Assembly (NCBI GenBank): GCA_000091205.1 | Contig: AP006491.2 | Reading direction: 5' to 3' (one strand) | Source: Cyanidioschyzon merolae | Taxonomy: Eukaryota | DNA length: 64,000 nucleotides | In this document: positions 8,135-19,122 of the stretch, piece by piece | Layout: each line of letters opens with the position of its first letter | How positions within the stretch are numbered: position 1 is the first letter of the stretch | Position numbers and translations under genes: made by a program | Notes under the pieces: model-generated | Database searches by the model: none | The model's input: the letters and a program-made list of their open reading frames with translations, nothing else | What the model was told of the DNA's origin: nothing

Positions 8135-11100
8135 ATGGGTCGCATACAGCGCCTAGAGGTAGAAAACTTCAAGTCTTACGGTGGCAAGGTGTGCATCGGA
8201 CCTTTCGTGGAGGGGTTTACGGCTGTCATCGGACCTAACGGCGTTGGTAAGTCGAACTTATTAGATGCCTTGGGGTTTGCGCTAGGCTTGCCCGCCCGCT
8301 TTCTTCGGGCGCAGCGCTTAGCAGAACTTATCTATCGCAAATCTGACCATGATGTTGTTCATGGGCAGGAAGTTGCTGGTGAACATAACGTGGACGGTGC
8401 AAACCAGTCCCACCGTGAAACGGCGGTGGCAGGGCACGCAGACGGCTGCGCTAGCGTTCGTCTCTTTCTGGAGGTTGCGCCCGACCAGGTGCTCATTTTT
8501 GAGCGTTCCATCGAAACGAAAGGTGTTGCGAGCTACCAGGTGAACGGTCAACCGCTGAGCTCCGAGGAATATGCGGATAAGCTGGCAGAACACTCGATCT
8601 TAGTGAAAGCTCGCAACTTCCTCGTGTTCCAAAACGAAGTGGAAGATATAGCGACAAAGTCGGGAAAAGCGTTATCTGCGCTCTTCGAAGAGATATCGGG
8701 ATCGGCCGAGTTACGCAATGAGTACGATTCGGCCTTGGCGGAGGTTCGCAAGGCCGAGCAACGGCTCCATTTGTGCGCCCAGAAAAAGAGGGGCCTCCTG
8801 GCCGAAAAGAAACAGTGTCGCGCGCATTGCGATGAAGCTGAGCGTTACAACCAGCTGCAGCAACAGATCGCGAAGATCAGGAAGCTTCGCGTGCTGTTCC
8901 AGCTGTTTCATTTGAAGAAGGATGATTCCGAAGCTGAAGAAAGCACGCAGGGACTCGAACGCGAGTTGGAAGCTCTGCGAGCACGAAGAGTTACCATCGC
9001 CAGCGACCTGGAAGACCAGAAACGGGCTCTCGCCAGCATGCGCCGCGAACAAGCCGCCCTCGAAAAGCGGCGGCAAGCACTCGAGTTATCCCTCGAGAAG
9101 AATCTGATACAGCAAGCAGCTAAACGAAGCGAAGCTCGCGCTGCGGAGAAGCGGCTCTCGATGGAGCAGAAGGCCCTCGACAACCTTCGCACCAATCGGA
9201 CGCGATCCAGGGAGGAGATTCATGCGCTGGAAAAGGCGCTTGCCGAAGTTGGAGAAGCGCTGCGTGCTTTGAACGAAGAAGAGGAGCAGGCGTTGGCAGA
9301 ATTGCAAGCCGCTCACGGAGTGGATTCCTCTGCAGTTCGCAGGTTACGTGATGAGGCGGTCGCGAGCACTGCGAGCATGCGTGAGATGCTTACCACGGCC
9401 GAGAGAGCAACGGCTGCGCTACGCGCCATGCACAAGACGGAGGCGCAGAAGCTCGCGGCCTTAGAACGACGCTTTCGCGAGCTGGAAATCGATCGTGATC
9501 GTCTTTCCATGCAGATCGAGAAGATTCGGGCAAAAATCCAAGACGCGGAGAGAAATTTGGAAGAGGCCCGCATCGCAGACCAGAAGGCGCGACGGCGGTC
9601 CAGCGAACAGGCACAGAAACGCGAGGCGCTCGAGAGGGCGGCCCAGCAGTATCGCGAGCGTCTGCTAGAACTTCGCTGTGCACGAATGGAGTCCGAAAGA
9701 GAGCGAAGATTCCACGAAACCTTAGATCAAATCATGCGTCTGTTCCCTGGCGCTCGAGGTCGCATCGTGGATATCTGCCGGCCCGTCCAGCGACGCTACG
9801 AAGAAGCCGTATCTGTCATTCTGGGCAAGCTTGGAGATGCGATTGTCGTCGATGACGAACGTACAGCAAGCGAATGCATCGCTTACTTGAAACAGCAACG
9901 TGCGGGCACGGCTACGTTCTTGCCCCTTGCTGAGATTCGTCCCGCGCCCATTGATGAGAGCTTGCGTGGTATTGGTGGCACTGTGCGGCTCGCAATCGAT
10001 GTACTCGAGTTTGACAAGTCATTCTTCCCGGCCATTCAGTATGTTGTCGGAAACGCCTTAGTTTGCGACAGTTTGGATGAAGCACGCCATGTTGCGTACG
10101 GCGGCAGTCAGGTTTCACGCATCTGCACAATCGATGGCACGCTGATCCACCGTTCTGGGTTCATTACCGGCGGCGCGGAATCCGATCAGGGTGCGTCGCG
10201 CACGCTCTGGGAGAATGAACAGGCCGTCTCTCTCAAGCGGGAATTGGATGAAGTTTTGCTGGAGTTAGCGAAACTTGGTCCAGTAGATTCGGCACAAGAG
10301 CGCAATGAAGCTGAGCAAGCCCATGAAGTGCTCCTCAGTACTCAAAGACATCTCGAGTATTTACGACACGAGCTGCAACAAAATGAGGAACGTGCTGTCA
10401 AAGTCAGCTCCCAGCTGAATGCGCTTCACGAACAAGTCTCCAAAGCCAAGGTCAGCGAGGAACAATGCCGGCATCAACTCGAACAAGGCGTCGCAAATGT
10501 ATCCCAGATCAAAGAAAGAATCGAACGCGCAGAGCGAGAAATACTCGGAGATATTTCCCCGCAGAGTATTCACCGAAACGAAGAGTTCCGCGAGCGTCGC
10601 CTGGCGCTGACCTCCCAGCAAGCCAAACTGCGCGCTCGTTTAGAATACGAATACGCCAGAGAAGCAGAAACCAGCGAGCAGGACCTCGTCGAGCGCGTCC
10701 AAAAGGCCACCGCAGCCAGAGCTGAGCTGGACACCCAGATTGAACGCCTAGAGCGTGAGCAGGAAACACTCGAGCACAGTATCCGGGAGGCACTGCAACA
10801 ACAAGAGCATATTCAGCAACAACTGGCAAAAATAGAGGAAGCTCTGGAAAAGATGCGCGAAGAAGAGAAGCAGCTGGCAGAAGACATCAGTTCCAAGGAA
10901 AACGCCCTGAACACGCACCGCGCAAACAAGGAGGATATCGCCGAGCGTCTGCGCGCCCTGGAGACTGCGTGTCGCATCGACCAGATCGATGTGCGTGCGC
11001 CCGCGACAGCAGCAGAGGCGGGTCGGGGTCAGGGCCGCGGCGCTGGGCATTCGAGCGATCGCGCACGCGCTCGGACGCGCACCCGTGGTCCATCTGGTGC

Positions 11101-11938
11101 GCAGTCCGAAGACCCTGTCCTATTTGCAGAGGATCTGGATATGTCGCTCTTGAGCGAAGAGCATAGACATGCGAGAAGCCACTCTGAGCGCATGGCCATA
11201 GAGTCGTCGTTGAATGAACAGGAACAAAGTCTCGTGGCAGAGTTGGAGCGCATGGCCCCAAATCTGCGAATCACGCAACAGCTCGATGATATCCAGCAGA
11301 GGCTCGACCTTGTTGCCACCGAGCAGGAGGTCGCTCGTGGCGCGCTTGCGGAGGCAAATCGTCGATGGTTGAACGCGCGCGATGAGCGTACGCGGCGCTT
11401 TCGGGAGTGCTTCGATCATGTCGCCGTCTCCATCGATGGCGTATTCAAAGAGCTTACACGATCAGAGGTACATCCCGTGGGCGGAAGTGCCTCGATCAGC
11501 CTCGAGTCCGCGTCGGAGCCGTACCTAGGTGGCATTCGCTTCAGCGTCATGCTCCCCGCAAAGCGCTTCCGCGAGGTGGATCAGCTCAGCGGGGGCGAAC
11601 GCAGCCTGGCGGCACTGGCACTTGTCTTTGCACTGCGTGACTTTCAGAAGTGTCCGTTTTTGATTATGGACGAGATTGACGCTGCACTGGACCCCGCAAA
11701 CTTAAGCCGCGTGGCGACTTACATTCGAGGGCGTTCCGTACAGTCCCATCCATTTCAAACGATCGTCATTTCGCTTAAGGACCAGTTCTTTGAGTTCGCC
11801 AATGCCCTGGTTGGTGTTTATCGCAACCCTCTCGAAGGTCACTGCAGTCGCATGCTCACCCTAGATTTGGATGCCACTGTCGCAGCGACGAACACTGCGG
11901 ACGCCAAAGAGACGCCTGCAGACTCGTCGCCCAGTTAG
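8135..11938 (+). CDS. SMC1: Structural maintenance of chromosomes protein 1 (cohesin SMC1), ~1267 aa. The start is reassigned to the ATG at 8135; the ORF track began at a GTG at 8096.
   Basis: N-terminal Walker A MGRIQRLEVENFKSYGG...IGPNGVGKSNLLDALGFALG. Long coiled coils. Hinge RIVDICRPVQRRYEEAVSVILGKLGDAIVVDDERTASECIAYLKQQRAGTATFLPLAEI. C-terminal signature/Walker B LSGGERSLAALALVFAL...PFLIMDEIDAALD. Confidence 0.9.
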   Translation: MGRIQRLEVENFKSYGGKVCIGPFVEGFTAVIGPNGVGKSNLLDALGFALGLPARFLRAQRLAELIYRKSDHDVVHGQEVAGEHNVDGANQSHRETAVAGHADGCASVRLFLEVAPDQVLIFERSIETKGVASYQVNGQPLSSEEYADKLAEHSILVKARNFLVFQNEVEDIATKSGKALSALFEEISGSAELRNEYDSALAEVRKAEQRLHLCAQKKRGLLAEKKQCRAHCDEAERYNQLQQQIAKIRKLRVLFQLFHLKKDDSEAEESTQGLERELEALRARRVTIASDLEDQKRALASMRREQAALEKRRQALELSLEKNLIQQAAKRSEARAAEKRLSMEQKALDNLRTNRTRSREEIHALEKALAEVGEALRALNEEEEQALAELQAAHGVDSSAVRRLRDEAVASTASMREMLTTAERATAALRAMHKTEAQKLAALERRFRELEIDRDRLSMQIEKIRAKIQDAERNLEEARIADQKARRRSSEQAQKREALERAAQQYRERLLELRCARMESERERRFHETLDQIMRLFPGARGRIVDICRPVQRRYEEAVSVILGKLGDAIVVDDERTASECIAYLKQQRAGTATFLPLAEIRPAPIDESLRGIGGTVRLAIDVLEFDKSFFPAIQYVVGNALVCDSLDEARHVAYGGSQVSRICTIDGTLIHRSGFITGGAESDQGASRTLWENEQAVSLKRELDEVLLELAKLGPVDSAQERNEAEQAHEVLLSTQRHLEYLRHELQQNEERAVKVSSQLNALHEQVSKAKVSEEQCRHQLEQGVANVSQIKERIERAEREILGDISPQSIHRNEEFRERRLALTSQQAKLRARLEYEYAREAETSEQDLVERVQKATAARAELDTQIERLEREQETLEHSIREALQQQEHIQQQLAKIEEALEKMREEEKQLAEDISSKENALNTHRANKEDIAERLRALETACRIDQIDVRAPATAAEAGRGQGRGAGHSSDRARARTRTRGPSGAQSEDPVLFAEDLDMSLLSEEHRHARSHSERMAIESSLNEQEQSLVAELERMAPNLRITQQLDDIQQRLDLVATEQEVARGALAEANRRWLNARDERTRRFRECFDHVAVSIDGVFKELTRSEVHPVGGSASISLESASEPYLGGIRFSVMLPAKRFREVDQLSGGERSLAALALVFALRDFQKCPFLIMDEIDAALDPANLSRVATYIRGRSVQSHPFQTIVISLKDQFFEFANALVGVYRNPLEGHCSRMLTLDLDATVAATNTADAKETPADSSPS

Positions 11939-12656
11939 CCGCTGCAGCAGTCTGGTGTCGCACCTGTGACGCTCTAGGGCCCTGCTCGAGTGCACCAGGC
12001 TCCAGGAGAAAGCGTGCACCCGCCTCTGACTTGCGGAGACAATCGCAACCGGCTTGCTAGTCGTTAGACGACTCACGCAAACAGTTCTAAGCTAAAAAAA
12101 TACACCCGCTCCAGAGACTCGCAGAGTTTCCCCAGGTCCATAGAGGTGCCCACGACACGGGGTACCCCCGAGCGCACCTCGGATATTGGCGTGCGGGCAA
12201 GCGCGCACCACTCCGCATCCAACCTGCAAGCTCCACTGGTTGCCACCGAGAGTTGCATACGGAGAAATTGGTTCACTCATATGAAACGCTGCAACGCCAA
12301 GTGCCTACCGTGAGCACCCATACCGACACCTATGCTGTCGCTATGGACGCTCCATGGAGACGACGCGCGGCTTTGCCATATCCGTGCAGCTGTCGACTCG
12401 AGGTGCCTTGCACTAGCAGCAGCCCCAGCTGCAGCAGCAGCAGCACTGGATTGCGTCGAACGCGGATCAGAGCGGATTCGTGCGGCCGTCCACCGAGACC
12501 CGTGTCCGTTTCCGAACGCGCGCCGCCCGGCCGTCGCCGGCGTCGTCCGCCTACCTGCCACCAAAGGCGGGCGCACGTCTCCGTTCCCGAGCACTCCCCG
12601 TGCGAGTGCAGGTGTTGGTTCAGAGTTTTTGCCAGTACACCGGCTCTACTGGGGGT

Positions 12657-14099
12657 ATGTTTGGTTCAAGACCGCACACTGAACGCAGGCAACGCGCTGG
12701 CAGAATAATGTCGGCATCAGTGTCTTTCGTGGAGTCAGTTCAATTTCTGCAGCGTGGCTTTGGCTCGCGTCTGTGTCGCGGGGTAGGGTGTCGGCGTCGC
12801 AGCTGCGGCCGCAGCACGCCCGACTTGCGTTTACCGTTCGAGCGCATGCTTGCGAGCGAAACCCGAGTTCGACCTCGAATAGCTGTTGTCGTGCAGCGGC
12901 AGTACGTTGCCGCTGCAGCGCCAGCGATCGATCCCCGGAGGCCCACCCGTCAGAGCCGAACCAGTGAACCACAGCGTCAGCAACAGAGCTTCGAGGGTTT
13001 CGGTACGGGTACGGTTTCGCGCCCCGTCGGGCGCACCTCGGCGGGTGTAATCATAAGCGTGATCGTCGTGAGCGCTGCACTGGGCACAGCCGGGTACTTC
13101 GGCGTGCAGCGTTTCTTGAAGCAGCGCGAGCAGCTTATCGTTGAGTTTGGCGAGGAAATGGTCCAGGCCCTGCAGTTCGTTGAGCGACGCTCTGCAGATG
13201 ACATCCCTGACGAGGATCGACTGCGGAAGGAGCTCACTCATGTAACCCGCGTCTACAGCGCAAAGGCGCCACTCTGGGGACAGAAACGGCGAATGTACAG
13301 CTCGTTTTTGTACACGCTGATCCGAAACGTGAAATTGACGGTGGGCGGGATTATGGCAGCACGCATTGCGCAGCAAATGCTGGGTGTATCGGAGCGTACT
13401 GCAGAGCAAGTGATGAACGCGCTCACTGAAGAGCGACTCGCATCAGCGCCAAGCTTGCTGAGCAAGCTGCTCTTCCTTAGCGAGCGACTCGGAATGAACA
13501 GCAAATCCCTACGCATTCGCGACAAGCTCTCGTTCAGTGCCGAAGCTGTGAGGAGTTTGCAACAAAACTTATGCGAAAGCTGTTATCGGGACGTTATAGA
13601 GGAAAGAATAAGTCGTCTGAAGGAGGCGCGTGGCGAGCAAACGCTGACCGCGGCGGGCCTGCCGGGCCCCGGTCAGGACGCGGAGCTTGAGCGCTTCCGA
13701 AGGCGTCTAACGCGGCTCTCGCTCGATATCGAACTCGCTAGGGATATGCTGCAATCGAACAACATTCCGAAAGGGTACGAATTGCTCGGACTCGGTGAGC
13801 GCGATGCGCGCACGATCATCGAGAATTTCATCGCGGACAAAGAACGCGCAGTGGACGCCACAGCTCGCGACATTGAGGCTCGCGAACGCTCCATCATGGC
13901 TCGCCAGCGCGAATCCGCCGCTGAGGCATCTGGCAGCGGGGGCGCAAAGCCCGCAACCCACCGCTTCGAGTGCCAGCGGTGCGGTTACACCCTGTTTCCA
14001 GCTGCTGGGAGGGAGTGGAAGTTTTACGGTGATGATTTCAAGTGCCCGCAGTGCGGTGCACCCAAGTCGGACTTTCGGGATACCTCCGAGCAATCGTAA
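12657..14099 (+). CDS. Membrane protein with a C-terminal rubredoxin-like or zinc-ribbon domain. The start is uncertain; the ORF is open from 12480.
   Basis: One hydrophobic helix GVIISVIVVSAALGTAGYFGV. A coiled-coil middle. A C-terminal FECQRCGYTLFPAAGREWKFYGDDFKCPQCGAPKSDF (CxxCG...CPxCG). The N-terminal ~150 aa is R/S/A-rich and presequence-like. Confidence 0.5.
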   Translation: MFGSRPHTERRQRAGRIMSASVSFVESVQFLQRGFGSRLCRGVGCRRRSCGRSTPDLRLPFERMLASETRVRPRIAVVVQRQYVAAAAPAIDPRRPTRQSRTSEPQRQQQSFEGFGTGTVSRPVGRTSAGVIISVIVVSAALGTAGYFGVQRFLKQREQLIVEFGEEMVQALQFVERRSADDIPDEDRLRKELTHVTRVYSAKAPLWGQKRRMYSSFLYTLIRNVKLTVGGIMAARIAQQMLGVSERTAEQVMNALTEERLASAPSLLSKLLFLSERLGMNSKSLRIRDKLSFSAEAVRSLQQNLCESCYRDVIEERISRLKEARGEQTLTAAGLPGPGQDAELERFRRRLTRLSLDIELARDMLQSNNIPKGYELLGLGERDARTIIENFIADKERAVDATARDIEARERSIMARQRESAAEASGSGGAKPATHRFECQRCGYTLFPAAGREWKFYGDDFKCPQCGAPKSDFRDTSEQS

Positions 14100-16205
14100 A
14101 TCCCTGGAATCTCTCTATAAGGGCATCTGCTGAGCGCGCCGCCGCACTTGGAAAGCCTACACCAGAGCCTGATCCGCAGCCGGGGAACCGCATCGCATAC
14201 GACCCGCGCACAAGTGACGCTGCACGCCGCGTGAGTGGCGCGGTTTTCGGAAGGGAAGAAGGGGCAGGTGCGAGGCGTGCCTCATGGACGTCGTTACAAG
14301 TCCAGCGCGTCGTGCATCGCAGCGAAGCGGTGCGTCTGCGAGTGGGCGCTCTGCATGCCAGCCTCTGGGACACTCGGTCTCAGCAGAAACGAACAACCCG
14401 CCTGCGTAGGAGCTTTTCATCGCTGTATCGGTTGCATCTGAGCCTGAAAACAAAAACCCCATTTTAAATGTTGCGGCGTTGGTTTTGGTGACGTCTGCGT
14501 AGCGAGTCCCAACTCGGATCTCGATACCTAGAAACTCGCTCTGAGCTTGCAGATAGCACACACATGCCGAAAACGCGCTCCAGACACGATTGATCACCTG
14601 CTGTGCCATTTCATGTCATCCACAGGTCATCCACCGACGGCTTGGAAAAGTTGCAGTGGCGCGGTAGAGGGTCAAAGTATGGCGTGGACGCAGACGATGT
14701 TGCGCGGCAATGACAAGCGCTGCCCGGGCATTTTTTCGCACGTGTCTGCATTGAGTGGAGCGAGTCGCCGTAGAAAACTCGGACGTGCGCGTGAAAGCTT
14801 TTCTTTTGCTTCCCATGGCCATCAACACCAGTCTCTGCGGGCTTTTCATGCGACTGCCTCTTTATCCGCTCTCTTATCTCCGGATTTGCGTACGGCTATC
14901 GCTGCTCTCCGACAAGCTCCGATATCAACAGTCGAATATTGTTGATGGCAGCGTTATTGTACAGATATCATCGCTTCCGGCTATTGTCGACGCCTATGAT
15001 GCAGATGAGGCAGTTGCGAATTACGTTTCAATAGCCATTTTCATGTTCTTTGGCTGCAGCACCGATGCGTCCGTAGCAGCGGTGGCGCTCGGCTGAACTC
15101 AGGGATTTTCACGTGTCCACTATATATCCTGGTCCGGGGCCTGCACTGTGGCGCGTAAACGCTTGTTGCATTGCTCGGAATGTGCACATAACGGATACGA
15201 AAGGTGCCTCTCGATGCACGCCTCCGTTTCCGAGCCCGGTGCCGTACCCAACGATCTCGGGCCTCTTTTAGGCGATCTCCTCGGCGTGTGCTCTGTCCGC
15301 TCCGAGTACAAACGCACGTTGCTCCGTTCGATAGCGGATTCGAAGAACGCGGTTTGGTTCTTGATGAAATAAGTAGCAGAAGGGGCACCAAGAATGCGGA
15401 ACAACTCGAGAAATATCGATCTCCCTACGCTGCGTTCGTGGAAAGCGTCGACGAACCCTCTATTGGATGCGATCGCTCCGATGATTCAGGTTTGAGTCTA
15501 AGACACTGTTCCATGCAAACAGAACGGACGGGAGCCTCTGGGAGCTCATCTCGCGAGAGGTATAAAGTTAGAATTTTAGTGAACTTTCTGCTTGAGCTTC
15601 TGAACAAGTCGTCATACGATGACATCGAATGTTTCCCCCAAAAAAGAATAAGTCCGACCACTGACAAGCAATTCGATAAAAGTAGCTTTCCAGCTCTATG
15701 TTAAGCATTGAAAGGGAGAAAAGGTTGCCGCATCTTCGAAACTTTAACTTCTAGACGCAAGGTCCCGCGAGCCGGTCGAGTGTGCCGGGCTTGCGCTCCA
15801 TGTGCCTCTGCAGTGGCGGATGCTGCTGTGAGCCTTGAACAACTCGTCCGCAATGCAGTGTACTCTCGGACTCGGAGCGGCCAGGCCGTGTCTGGGCGTT
15901 GCCCTGGTCGCGGTGGACTCTTTGCATATCGCTCCGCGCTGCCGCATGCAGCGCGTCTGTCCGCGCGGCTCGCAGGCTCCCAGAATGAGTACGTTCTCCG
16001 ATTCTGCCACTGGTGAATCACACCTCGAGGTACCACTCTCTAAGGTATGGCAAAGCCGTTCTCTCCCTATGATGCATACGCACCAGCGATATAAGCACTA
16101 GTGCAGGTGCAGCAAGGCAGGTACTCAGCACTCGATAGAACCTAAGAAACGACCAGTCTCTCCGAGAGAAACAAAGGGTAATGGAACCTGAGCGCAGGAT
16201 GCAGC

Positions 16206-17573
16206 ATGATAGACAATTTCCCAACCCCCGATGTACATCCTGCAAGCCAGGGTTCACGGTCAATCTTAACGATTTGTCGAGCAAAAAAAATCGTGTATCC
16301 GGGAAGCAGCGATCCCCAGTTGCGCGCTGATGCTAGGCATCTGGTACAGGCTCCCGCACGGTCATCGTTGCCCCAGGGCGCGATCGTTGCCACTGCGCCG
16401 CGCCCTTGCATTTTGTCGCACTCACTGGAAGCCGCTGGCGCTGTTTCGCCGCAGCGTTTGCGTGGCGCCTGCGCCTTCGCTCGCCACGAGCGCGTGCGCA
16501 CGCATGCGCCTGCGACCTCAGAGGCGCGCGCACGTCCGGCCCTAAAGGGTAACAGTGCTCGCAGATACGCTGCGAACGGTGGGCACGTGAGGATGACTGC
16601 TTTATCCGCGGCCTTTGTAGGGTCTTTGGGACCTGGTACACGAATTCAATTGCGCTGTACGCGTCAGCAGTCAAGAGTCCCTCTGGGGAGCGGTGGAGCG
16701 AGTGCTCGGAGCAGTTTGCGCGCGGGACGTCCACGGCGCCTCGCGTGCTGCGCGCCGGAGGCCAGCGGTCTCTCTGAGCCTATCTTTCAGACGAGGACCT
16801 CAGCTGATGCTGAGCACGCCAGTTTTCCAAACGGTCGCAGTGTTCCGAGGAAAGAGTCTGGAGCCGCGTTGCCGGAAGACACCGGCGAGCACGCTGGGAG
16901 CCTACCAGCTTCGTTGCCTGTCGACGTGCCGTCACTTGGGACCGCCCCAGAGAGAACCAGTTACTCTGTTTGTCCCGAGCTGTTGTCGTCGACCGCAAGC
17001 ACTTTCCGACCGTTTACTCCGACCGAGGCGTTTGGTGGCCTTGGCGTCTCGTGGGACGAGCTGGAGCCCCCGCAGCTCGGGGAACGGCTCTCGATTTTCC
17101 AGCGGGTAGCCGCTGACGTCGGGCCGGAAGCGTGGGCGCGAATTGCCTCTGCTGAGAAAATGGACGGTGACGAGGATGAACAGCTCGCCACGGCGGAGGG
17201 CTTCGACCGACTGCGGAAGCACCAGTTGCTGTTTGATTTCGAAATAAACCCCTGCCGCAAAGAAGAGGCTCGCGAGATGCTCATCCATCGAATGCGCAAA
17301 ACGCGGCAGCGCATACTGTATTTGCAGAAGGAGATTGACAAGCTTCCGGAGCGACTGGAGAAACTCATTGCCGAACTGGATGTATGCACAGAGCGCGGCG
17401 ATCGACGGCGGCGTCAGGACGTGCTAGCGCTCGGGAACCGCCTCTGGGCGCGACATCATGAACTGATCGACATCATCGCACGGGAGGAAGTGCGCATGGA
17501 AGAGTACTTGTATGTCTGGGGGCGTCTGCGTTGTAGCGATGACTCGGCGGATGTAACTCAAATTGGGGTGTGA
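16206..17573 (+). CDS. Hypothetical protein. The N-terminal half is Arg/Ala/Ser-rich low complexity and the C-terminal region is coiled-coil.
   Basis: A long ATG-initiated ORF. The C-terminal ~150 aa (FDRLRKHQLLFDFEINPCRKEEAREMLIHRMRKTRQRILYLQKEIDKLPERLEKLIAEL) looks protein-like. The N-terminal part overlaps several antisense ORFs, so it may not be coding. Confidence 0.35.
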   Translation: MIDNFPTPDVHPASQGSRSILTICRAKKIVYPGSSDPQLRADARHLVQAPARSSLPQGAIVATAPRPCILSHSLEAAGAVSPQRLRGACAFARHERVRTHAPATSEARARPALKGNSARRYAANGGHVRMTALSAAFVGSLGPGTRIQLRCTRQQSRVPLGSGGASARSSLRAGRPRRLACCAPEASGLSEPIFQTRTSADAEHASFPNGRSVPRKESGAALPEDTGEHAGSLPASLPVDVPSLGTAPERTSYSVCPELLSSTASTFRPFTPTEAFGGLGVSWDELEPPQLGERLSIFQRVAADVGPEAWARIASAEKMDGDEDEQLATAEGFDRLRKHQLLFDFEINPCRKEEAREMLIHRMRKTRQRILYLQKEIDKLPERLEKLIAELDVCTERGDRRRRQDVLALGNRLWARHHELIDIIAREEVRMEEYLYVWGRLRCSDDSADVTQIGV

Positions 17574-17979
17574 ATATGGTTTCCTCTGCCGGTGGTTTTG
17601 GTGTGGCACCGAATTGTACCATCGCGGGTACCGTGCGTGTCTAGGCGGCTTTCGGATGGATGCTGACACAGAAGCACGGAGCCATTCCGAAACAAACACG
17701 GCATTGCAGAGCTGCTATCCATAAAAGAGCATGAGCTTTTCAGGAATCGGACGAGTAATGGCGCGGGAATGTTCAGCATTACGATGCACTTGTTGAGGAC
17801 AGGGAACTGGAATGCGACTGAATCGCACAACCCCGGCCGAATACAAAACGAACAGACACATTCCATGGACCATTCTCGATCGATCCCGTGACACTGGGCT
17901 TTCCAGCAAGTTATCGCCGCATGTGCACACGCACACGCAAAGCAATGACGCTGGCAAAGGGCCTCGACTCAGTCGTATT

Positions 17980-19122
17980 TTACTTCATGTAGCGCTTTCC
18001 AACGAATTCATTAAACCTGGCAACCTCTCCTTTGGATCCGTAGCAGACCTGAGACCGGACGTCGGTGCCAGGAATCGGGATGTCCAGTGCACTCCGTTCA
18101 CCGTCACTGGAGGCACCGCCGGCGCGCTCGATTAGGAAGGCAACTGGAGCCACTTCGTAGAGTACACGAAGCTTTGCCGGCGCCGACGGGGATGCCGGGT
18201 TCGCAAACACTCCTTTGCCTTTGATGAGAATTTGATTACAGTCCGGCACCATGCCGCCTGTATAGCGTAGCTGATACTTGTTCTCCATCCAGTACTGGAC
18301 GAGTTTCGCGTACCCGGGGTTATCCTGGGTCGCCTTCAGATTACCTGGCGCGAACAGCTTACCCTCATTAATTGTGTAGAATGATTGCACAAGTACCCAC
18401 ATCCCATGGTTCCCTGAAAAGTTATCGACAAGGAGAAACTCATGCGTTCCGGGGATCCCTCTCACGGAAACCGATATTGAGGTTCTTGGCCCATAGACGG
18501 CCATACCGGCAGCTTCGAGTTCCCGTCCTGTTATACCAGTGAGACGCTTACCTCTCCAGACGCCAAAAATCGTGCCGACGGAAAAATTTGTATCCACGAT
18601 GGAGGACCCGTCGAGCGGATCCCATGCCACGGCAAACGTCGAGCCGCCGAGGTCCTTCTCAATGGGCTGCTCCTCGGAACTTCCGATAGCGACGACACGA
18701 GACGCCCGGAGCGCAGCCTCGATGGTTCGGTCCGCCAGCAAGTCAACTGCCAGCTGCTGGTCGCCGAACGCGTTCACGCACTCTTCCTTGTTGCAGGATG
18801 CAGTACGAACCTCGTAGCCGACGACTTTGCAAGCCATGAAGAGAGCCTCAATCGCTTTTGCCAGCTCCTTGTCCTCCTCCAGGGCTAGAAACTCGTGCAA
18901 ACGCATGCCTTCCACGACGCGGTCGTCAATTTTTGGCATGGACACGATGCGCGAGCCCTCTGCGGACGGTACCACCGACATGCGAACGAGCCGGCATGCT
19001 CGCTTTCCTGTTTGCGGCTGGCTCAAGCGCCGCTGCTCAGTGATGCACTTGCGTGCACTGAACACGAACCTCGACGAATGAGTTAGGAAACTCGACGCAA
19101 ACGCCAAATTAGCAGCCTTCAT
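17980..19122 (-). CDS. Sedoheptulose-1,7-bisphosphatase/fructose-1,6-bisphosphatase family enzyme (SBPase-like), ~381 aa, with a ~50-aa N-terminal presequence.
   Basis: AVAWDPLDGSSIVDTNFSVGTIFGVWRG, GPRTS..., RYTGGMVPDCNQILIKGKGVFANPASPSAPAKLRVLYEVAPVAFLIERAGGASSDGERSALD are near-collinear with plant/algal SBPase. The start is set at the ATG at 19122 (MKAANLAFASSFLTHSSRFV...), not at the 608-aa ORF start at 19806. Confidence 0.85.
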   Translation of the reverse strand: MKAANLAFASSFLTHSSRFVFSARKCITEQRRLSQPQTGKRACRLVRMSVVPSAEGSRIVSMPKIDDRVVEGMRLHEFLALEEDKELAKAIEALFMACKVVGYEVRTASCNKEECVNAFGDQQLAVDLLADRTIEAALRASRVVAIGSSEEQPIEKDLGGSTFAVAWDPLDGSSIVDTNFSVGTIFGVWRGKRLTGITGRELEAAGMAVYGPRTSISVSVRGIPGTHEFLLVDNFSGNHGMWVLVQSFYTINEGKLFAPGNLKATQDNPGYAKLVQYWMENKYQLRYTGGMVPDCNQILIKGKGVFANPASPSAPAKLRVLYEVAPVAFLIERAGGASSDGERSALDIPIPGTDVRSQVCYGSKGEVARFNEFVGKRYMK

